Assembly: GCA_032095175.1 (NCBI GenBank)
Contig: DAMCZI010000006.1
Location: 20,328 to 84,327, forward strand
Origin: Clostridiaceae bacterium
Lineage (GTDB): Bacteria > Bacillota > Clostridia > Clostridiales > Caloramatoraceae
Length of the DNA: 64,000 bases
Direction of reading: 5' to 3'
Shown here: positions 57,271 to 64,000 of the stretch, piece by piece
Numbering within the stretch: position 1 is the first letter of the stretch
Layout of the letters: each line of letters begins with the position of its first letter
The notes under the pieces: model-generated
Databases searched by the model: none
What the model saw: only the letters and a program-made list of their open reading frames with translations
What the model was told of the DNA's origin: nothing
Program-made: the position numbers and the translations under genes

Positions 57271-57807
57271 TCACAAAATACCAAATTCAGTTAGTAAATT
57301 CTGAAACCTACATTTTTCATGTTCCATCACAGGAAAAAGTGGATTATATAAACAATGTTGCAAAACATCTGCATCTTTTAATACTTCATCAAATGCAGAA
57401 TGAGTAGTCGCCTTTGAACTGTGGTTGCGAATAGCTGAACATATTAAATCTGTTTCATTATCAGTTGTCAATGACAACTCCTCAAGAATTTGACGTGCCA
57501 AAACTGCTCCGTTCTCAGCATGATTTTCAGTATTCATAGCCTTATATGAATGTAAATCATGTAACATACCAACCATGGTAGCCAATTCAACATCTTGATT
57601 TCTTTTGAGAGCAATCATTGCACATGCCTGCGAAACTCCATAAAGATGGAGGTAACCACACCTTCTTTCTTGAGTGTCTTCCATATTTATTAGAATTTCA
57701 TCAATATACTTTCGAAGTCTTTCAATGCGATTATCCATATCTTCAGCACCTCCATTATGTAAATACTTTTGAATTTTTTCAATATGGTTTTCCATGTCTT
57801 CCCTCAC
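57271..57807 (-). CDS. HD-domain phosphohydrolase
   Basis: H...HD motif (YLHLYGVSQ...MVGMLHDL); N-terminus carries an internal 12-aa duplication. Confidence 0.65.
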   Translation of the reverse strand: MREDMENHIEKIQKYLHNGGAEDMDNRIERLRKYIDEILINMEDTQERRCGYLHLYGVSQACAMIALKRNQDVELATMVGMLHDLHSYKAMNTENHAENGAVLARQILEELSLTTDNETDLICSAIRNHSSKATTHSAFDEVLKDADVLQHCLYNPLFPVMEHEKCRFQNLLTEFGIL

Positions 57808-57894
57808 CCATTATATAATAATCTTCAGTTCGCACTTGTGATATGAACCACTCAAATCACTGACAAAATTACTTAACCCTAAATTGAAATTTGA

Positions 57895-58512
57895 TCATTT
57901 CTTTCTTGCCACAATCTTGTTAATAGCATGAAAATGTTTAGGTGCACCAGGATGCTCATCTTCAAGAACAAATTCCTTGTGATTAATTATTTCCCAATCT
58001 TTATAGTGTTCTAATAGCTCTCCTTCTTTTGCCAATCCTACTGCAAAATCTTTGATATCATCAGATGCCGGAACTTTATCGGTAAATATTTGAATAACAT
58101 GAATTCCGCCTGCTTTAGTATGTTCTTTTGCATCATTTATAAATTTATGCCATCCTGCTCTATCCACAAAATGTAATGTTCCAAAAGAAATAACAAGATC
58201 ATAGTTATATTTCCATTCAAATGTGCATAAATCTTGCACAAAGGCATTTATCTGCATATTTCGTTTTTCGGCTATTTTATGTACCTTATTTATAGCGTTT
58301 TCTGATAAATCAAAGGCAGATACATCATTGAATCCATTTTCCATAAGATAAAATGTATTTTTTGCTTCTCCACATCCAGCTTCTAATACTCTACCGTTTT
58401 TATTAAAAAGTTCAATATATTGTTCTACCTCTGGATTTGGCTTAATTCCAAATGCCGAAATATTATCGTTTTTATAACTCTCCTCCCAAAAAGGTATTTT
58501 TTTCTGTTCCAT
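57895..58512 (-). CDS. class I SAM-dependent methyltransferase (TehB-like)
   Basis: motif I VLEAGCGEAKN; DLS...; ISFGTLHFV. Confidence 0.75.
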   Translation of the reverse strand: MEQKKIPFWEESYKNDNISAFGIKPNPEVEQYIELFNKNGRVLEAGCGEAKNTFYLMENGFNDVSAFDLSENAINKVHKIAEKRNMQINAFVQDLCTFEWKYNYDLVISFGTLHFVDRAGWHKFINDAKEHTKAGGIHVIQIFTDKVPASDDIKDFAVGLAKEGELLEHYKDWEIINHKEFVLEDEHPGAPKHFHAINKIVARKK

Positions 58513-58715
58513 TTTCCTCTTCCCCCCTACAAATTACTATTTATCATGCAATTAGAAGTTAATTACTTTTTATTATAACATATTTTGTAAAAACAATATT
58601 ATTTGCAATACAGTTTTTTGATGCTCACAATCATCTAGAACATGATCACTGGTGGCACATAGTGAGAAAATATGCAAATAAGTATGTTATAAAATCATCC
58701 TTTCAAAGAAATAGA

Positions 58716-59750
58716 TCAATTTTGATCAATAAACTCTTCGACAGTATTATACTCCTCAATACTTGCACCCTTTTCATAAATTATTTTTATGATTTCCTTT
58801 TGAAGCACAATTGCTCTTTCCTTAAACTGTTCCAAATGATCTGCATCATAAGCACCCATCAAGTTAAATTTATCTAAACCATATTCTTTAGCTACTATGT
58901 TCAATTCTCTCTGAAGGCATGTCCCTGAAATATATGCAAGAACATAATTACCACTATCACAGCATACTGTGATTTTATTCCATGTAGAGATAAGTTCTTG
59001 ATACCACTCCGCAAGTTCTTCATAGTTTACATTCTTTTCTTTTGATATTTCGATTTTGCTATTCAAAAATATTCTTGTATCACTTATCATTTTATAGCAA
59101 CATTCTTTAAGTTCTCCTTCTGAATTTGCCCTTACAACTGACTCATACAGCAATACAAAATCATCCGGAACGCTTTTCATGTTTTTCAAGTCCTCTATTT
59201 GTTTTTTTAATCCACGGCTGAAATAAGTTTGGTTTGAGTAAGCTACAGCATCTGATAAAAACATAACTATATCTCCAGCTAGTGTCTTCAGTTCGCAGAT
59301 ATCTTCTTCAAACAACATAGTATTATATAAATTCATAGCTGTTTCCATTTCCTTAGATGCTTTATCTAACATAAACTCTTTATTGTTTAAATTCTGCTTT
59401 AATCCATTTTGCAATTCCTCAAATCTTTTTTTGTCTTCTTCTGAATTACAATATAGTATCTTAACATTAGCCAGACATGGTGTTAAACATTCTTTCAATT
59501 CCGAAAGTCCTTCAACTCTTTCCCAGGACATAGGAAACAAATCAAATCCTATCCCTTCAACAATAAAAGTTTTGCTCAGTTCATATGCACGTTTTGTCTT
59601 TGGTATAAAGTAGAAATCCACATCTGATAATGGATTAGCTGTCCCATTTTCATAGGAACCATATGTGAGCAAAAGGCTCACATCATCATTATATTCTTTT
59701 TCTATTCTTTTAACTGCCCATTCTACAATCATATCATTTCTTTTATTCAT
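58716..59750 (-). CDS. nucleotidyltransferase-domain protein (possible antibiotic nucleotidyltransferase)
   Basis: pol-beta-like NTase motif LTYGSYENGTANPLSDVDFYF. Confidence 0.55.
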   Translation of the reverse strand: MNKRNDMIVEWAVKRIEKEYNDDVSLLLTYGSYENGTANPLSDVDFYFIPKTKRAYELSKTFIVEGIGFDLFPMSWERVEGLSELKECLTPCLANVKILYCNSEEDKKRFEELQNGLKQNLNNKEFMLDKASKEMETAMNLYNTMLFEEDICELKTLAGDIVMFLSDAVAYSNQTYFSRGLKKQIEDLKNMKSVPDDFVLLYESVVRANSEGELKECCYKMISDTRIFLNSKIEISKEKNVNYEELAEWYQELISTWNKITVCCDSGNYVLAYISGTCLQRELNIVAKEYGLDKFNLMGAYDADHLEQFKERAIVLQKEIIKIIYEKGASIEEYNTVEEFIDQN

Positions 59751-59797
59751 GGTATTATACCTTCCCTCTAACTTCCTATAACATATTTATCATAACT

Positions 59798-59831
59798 GGC
59801 AGCCATATAAGTTATAACTTATATGGCTGCC
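59798..59831. repeat. perfect palindrome ggcagccatataagttataacttatatggctgcc
   Basis: identical to 57199-57232. Confidence 0.75.
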
Positions 59832-59850
59832 ACTGCTTATGGTGGAATTT

Positions 59851-60636
59851 TTATGAAGAAGATCCATCAAGGAATTGCGTTAGCAATTCTATTTTTTCTT
59901 TTAAATCATCATTTGTAGTTGTGTTTGGTCCAATAGCAATTATTTTATCAATACTTGAATGCTTATGCTTTTTAGAATTTTCAATTTTCTCACAGATTAC
60001 AGATATAATAGTGATTATCCCTTTTTTCAATTCAATAATATAATCATCCTCAGTAAACATTTCTGGTAATAAAATTTCTCGACACTCCCAAACATGCGGT
60101 AGTGTCTTAGCTAATTTTATAGCCTTCTCATCTTCACATATTTTCAAATATAGAAAGCAAAGATTTGCTTTAGTTGTACTTCTAATTTTTTCATTTGTAC
60201 TATTCAAAAGCACACGTTCAGATAGTGCAATAGCTTCTTTAACTAGCTCATATTCTGTATCCGTATTGATTTTTAACGTTAATGCTAATGCAAGTTCGGA
60301 CAAAAACCCACAATTGTTAGGATATACTTTTATTGCTTCTCTAAGCACTTGAATAGCTTCATCAATCATCCCTTTTGACTCATATTCATGGACAATAGAA
60401 AATGTGCTGTTAATTTTCTCAACATTGTGAATTTCATCCATTCCCATCAATTCATCGATTGATACATTATAGTAATTTGCAATGCTTGGAAGCATGGTGA
60501 CATCTGGATAAGTCGAGTTGTTCTCCCAACGGCTAATTGCTTGAGGGGATACCCCGAATACCTCTGCAAGCTTTTCCTGTGTAAGTTCGTTTTTAATTCT
60601 AAGCTTTCGAAGATTTTCACCAATTCTGATTTGCAT
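59851..60636 (-). CDS. XRE-family HTH regulator with C-terminal TPR-like domain
   Basis: HTH (LTQEKLAEVFGVSPQAISRWENNSTYPDVTML); ATG 60636 is 9 nt after RBS aaaggag. Confidence 0.7.
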   Translation of the reverse strand: MQIRIGENLRKLRIKNELTQEKLAEVFGVSPQAISRWENNSTYPDVTMLPSIANYYNVSIDELMGMDEIHNVEKINSTFSIVHEYESKGMIDEAIQVLREAIKVYPNNCGFLSELALALTLKINTDTEYELVKEAIALSERVLLNSTNEKIRSTTKANLCFLYLKICEDEKAIKLAKTLPHVWECREILLPEMFTEDDYIIELKKGIITIISVICEKIENSKKHKHSSIDKIIAIGPNTTTNDDLKEKIELLTQFLDGSSS

Positions 60637-60812
60637 AATCATTACTCCTTTATATTTTTTAGAAGCTTCTATAATAAAAATACTACAAGCAGCTTGCAAT
60701 CACCATTACTCATTCGTTGAGTAAAAATCAACTAAAGTGAGATTATAAACAATCTTCATTTCAAATTTCCATTTTATTATCCAACTGAAAACTAGAATTT
60801 GTCGCTGAGATG

Positions 60813-61346
60813 TTATCTGCCTTTCCAAAGTATATTTTCAATAGAAATAATCTCTATCCCTTCATCATCAAAACGCAGAGTCGTAAGATACTTGAAACCC
60901 AGTTTCTTTTGAAGCATTTCAGAAGCAGTATTAAAAGGAAAATGACCGCATTGAATGTAGTCCATACCCTCTATGTCAAACAGGTGCTTAACGACAGCAT
61001 TTACTGCTTCCAACATCAAACCTTTACGCTGATAGTTCTTGGAAATGGAGAAGGACATGCTTTTTCCGACTTTGCCTTTTAATTTCTCTAATTCTAAAAG
61101 TTCCGTGGGAACAGCACAAACAGTAAGATTGCCAATAATTCTACCTGTGTCCTTATAGACCAACCCATAGCATCGTTCTTCTTTATCTTTGAGCCAATCA
61201 AAATTCCAACGGGCATCTTCTCTGGAGTGCATCAGTTTCCTGCCCATCATTTGGCACATTTCATCATCCATTGCGTATCCGCAGAAATCATCAAAATCAT
61301 CTTCCTGGAACTTACGCAGAACAAGGTGTTCTGTTTCTATAAACAT
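60813..61346 (-). CDS. GNAT-family N-acetyltransferase
   Basis: starts MFIETEHLVLRKF; motif A QRKGLMLEAVNAVVKHLF; ATG 61346 is 9 nt after RBS ggaggg. Confidence 0.75.
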   Translation of the reverse strand: MFIETEHLVLRKFQEDDFDDFCGYAMDDEMCQMMGRKLMHSREDARWNFDWLKDKEERCYGLVYKDTGRIIGNLTVCAVPTELLELEKLKGKVGKSMSFSISKNYQRKGLMLEAVNAVVKHLFDIEGMDYIQCGHFPFNTASEMLQKKLGFKYLTTLRFDDEGIEIISIENILWKGR

Positions 61347-61751
61347 AAGGAATTCCCTCCATAAATATAATGTGGCAACACAGCGACAAATTACTATTTT
61401 GTCTGCTTCTTGTCGCACATATAAATAATCTTTACTTCTAAGATAATTACAATCGCGACTATTAATTATGTAATTTGAGTAAAAAATGTTATGCATAAAT
61501 ATAACCTTTATTAGATTTAAAATGTCATATAATGTTTTATACTCAAGACATCCTTAAGCCTTAGCCAGACCTGGCTTTGCGAAAGGATATGCTTTAGCTT
61601 CTTCAGAGGCTTGACCCTAATTAAGCCAAAGCGAACTTGAGTGCTTTGTTATATGGAGTGCCCTAACTTAAGCTCAGAGTAACTATTTAGCACATATTCA
61701 CTGTTATTAGCAAGAAACTTATAAAACCCAACCAAAGCCAGTCTTTTCATC

Positions 61752-62642
61752 CTACAAATTTGGAAGAATATCGCTCCACATTGCGCGCAGGATATCCTTG
61801 TGTTCAATTTCGTTGTGTGAGGTGACCGTAATGACAGCATTATAATCAGTTAAAACGACACACAATTGACCATACATACCGTCCAATCGATAAGTGTTCG
61901 GAAGCGTGCATTTCCATACCTGATAACCGTAACCACCTCTAGTTTCGGCATCGTTTTTGGATGTGGTATCGACCCAATCAGAATGCAGAAGGTTTACATA
62001 GTCATCAGGAACGATTTGCTTATCCTTGTATACTCCATTTTGCAGTAAGGTTATCCCAATTCGGGAAAATTCCTCAGTATTCAGATACAAACCGCCTGAG
62101 CAGGACGTATGTCCATACTGACAGGTATTCCATTGTGGATTTACAATTTCCAACATATCAAACAAGCGAGGCTTTAAATAATCCAGCATTATTTTACCGC
62201 TCACTTTTTCTACAAGCCGACCAAGCATGTAAGTACATAAATCCTCATAATAGAAATTTGAACCAGCTTCTTTTTTCATCTCTGAGATAAAGAAAAGTTC
62301 TGCTCTGTCTTTAGAATTATATTGGCTGAAATCCTCGAACATATGGCCAGAACTCATTTGCAACAAATGCCGAATAGTTATTTTTTCAGAACCTGAATAG
62401 GCGATATCCTTGTATTCCGGAAAAAAATCCAGCACATAATCCGATAACAGGAAACGACCTTCGCTTTCTGCAATACCAATTCCAACGGATGCGAAGGTTT
62501 TCGATGCGGAATAGAGATTTTCTCTATCATTGCTACGGAATCGATGTTCCGCCAGCGTTTTTCCATTTTGATAAACATGAATGCCATATACACCAAGATT
62601 TTTTTCAATCACAGAAAGTCGGAAATCCGATAACAACCCCAT
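61752..62642 (-). CDS. serine hydrolase of the beta-lactamase / transpeptidase-like family
   Basis: SxxK motif (YSASKTF) near the N-terminus plus later YxN-like region. Confidence 0.6.
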   Translation of the reverse strand: MGLLSDFRLSVIEKNLGVYGIHVYQNGKTLAEHRFRSNDRENLYSASKTFASVGIGIAESEGRFLLSDYVLDFFPEYKDIAYSGSEKITIRHLLQMSSGHMFEDFSQYNSKDRAELFFISEMKKEAGSNFYYEDLCTYMLGRLVEKVSGKIMLDYLKPRLFDMLEIVNPQWNTCQYGHTSCSGGLYLNTEEFSRIGITLLQNGVYKDKQIVPDDYVNLLHSDWVDTTSKNDAETRGGYGYQVWKCTLPNTYRLDGMYGQLCVVLTDYNAVITVTSHNEIEHKDILRAMWSDILPNL

Positions 62643-62775
62643 TTAAACACCCCCATATTGCTTATTGTATTTATTTTCTTCTTTGCAACTTTAATGCTTA
62701 AGCTATTATTTTATACATCAAAAACGCAAAAATTTTTGATTTGTACTATTCAAGAGCACACGTTCAAATTGGGAT

Positions 62776-63531
62776 TTATAGCGGTTTTTGAGCAAGATAT
62801 AATGGAATAGTATCATTAATAATGATTTTATTGCCAGCATCTATAATAGCCTTTTTTACTCCCGTGTAAAATTTAGACTTATAAGGCTCTTCTAAAGTTA
62901 TATGCTCGCAATGTGTACTAATATATGAAATATATTCATCAGCATTAAGTGTTCTTACCTTTTTCCAGTCTTGATATTTGTAATTAACAAAGCCATAATT
63001 CACAACATTATCATATTTCATTTTACAATTATATCTCTGCTTAACAAAAAAGTGTTCTTTATATACCTCGCCTATTCTATTGTACAGTTCTTCATTTGCA
63101 CTTTTCTCATCTGAACGGGTCATAAACATTGCAAGAATGCCACCAGGTTTTAGTATATTGTAGGCTCTTGAGAATGCTATTTCTTCAGGTATCCATTGAA
63201 TTGTAGCTGCTGAATATATTAAATCAAATGTTTGATTTCCAAAATCGTATGTTTCAAAATCAGCATTTACAATATCAAAATTACTATAAGTCCCATATTT
63301 GTTTTTCATATATTCTGTAAAGTTCTCCCCAAGTTCAATTGCCTTATAATTACAGCCAGTTTTTAAAATAGGCTCTGTTGCTTGTCCTGTCCCTGGACCA
63401 ATTTCAAGTACATCTTTGCTTGAATTCAAGTCAGATACAGTAATAATTTCTGTAAAGAGTTCATCACAATATCTGGGCCTATATTTATCAAATGTTTCTG
63501 GTATTCGGTCAAATGTATTTCTGAAATCCAT
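62776..63531 (-). CDS. class I SAM-dependent methyltransferase
   Basis: motif I VLEIGPGTGQAT; post I IELGENF; motif II VNADFE. Confidence 0.75.
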   Translation of the reverse strand: MDFRNTFDRIPETFDKYRPRYCDELFTEIITVSDLNSSKDVLEIGPGTGQATEPILKTGCNYKAIELGENFTEYMKNKYGTYSNFDIVNADFETYDFGNQTFDLIYSAATIQWIPEEIAFSRAYNILKPGGILAMFMTRSDEKSANEELYNRIGEVYKEHFFVKQRYNCKMKYDNVVNYGFVNYKYQDWKKVRTLNADEYISYISTHCEHITLEEPYKSKFYTGVKKAIIDAGNKIIINDTIPLYLAQKPL

Positions 63532-64000
63532 TATTTAGTCCTCCTTCTAAAATTACTATTTATCTACACATCATATAATTTATCCTTATTGATTATTTCT
63601 ACTATTAATCAACAAATTAGTGCGAAACTAAAACTTTAATCAATATGCCATTTCTGATAGCATGTCCTATTGCCAACGTGAGAGAGACTTAGTGCAACTG
63701 TACTTAGGTTCTCTCATGTGAATTGGTATTACATTTTAAATACCTATAATTTTATTATAAGTAATATTTTAACTCATAACCATATAAAAATTACCGTCCA
63801 GCCAAGGCGAACGACAGTATTTTGTTATATGGAGTATTTTACATTTTCTAAAAATGCCGTTTTATTGAATCATTTCACTAAACTATCCTCGCCTGCAATT
63901 AACTTTATAGTCTCCTTAACTAAATTGGGCTCAGTATCTTTACTAAATGGCATTAATATTCCAAACATTGGTCCATAAACAACAGGGCACCACTCAACTT

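Noticed and set aside
54977-59831. Palindromes between co-oriented small genes considered as integron attC sites
   Set aside because: They are perfect palindromes without the extrahelical bases or R''/L''-L'/R' asymmetry of attC, and not every junction has one; no intI gene was seen
61540-63840. Short shared motif gccaa(a/g)gcgaac...ctttgttatatggagt at ~61628 and ~63800
   Set aside because: Only ~35 bp with several mismatches; it could be chance or a small repeat, and evidence is insufficient to call a family

Overview
Low-GC, Firmicutes/Clostridium-like chromosomal window. Conserved operons carry recognisable cis-regulatory RNAs: a T-box leader upstream of serS, an FMN riboswitch leading ribD-ribE-ribBA-ribH, and a TPP riboswitch leading thiD-thiM-thiE. 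These alternate with accessory DNA: an IS110-family transposase, a decayed array of polymorphic-toxin C-terminal/immunity cassettes, and a one-orientation array of small modifying-enzyme genes. The window is rich in dispersed palindromic repeat families. An RtcB RNA ligase is encoded divergently from two tandem WYL-domain regulators and an SPFH protein. Candidates for undescribed biology are: (i) a complex leader with two tandem ~70-nt structured elements, an alternative-pairing terminator and an upstream ORF overlapping the RBS of an ABC-2 transporter operon; (ii) a NUDIX-polytopic-membrane fusion in an operon with XRE/DUF2975; (iii) an uncharacterised two-gene membrane-protein module; (iv) a MITE-like repeat inserted inside the rib and thi operons; (v) a diverged segmental duplication with reciprocal deletions around a DUF4143 AAA ATPase. 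Coordinates of features read directly from sequence (repeats, RNAs, hairpins) are approximate, roughly +/-10 nt. All protein family calls rest on motif recognition by eye, not on database searches.
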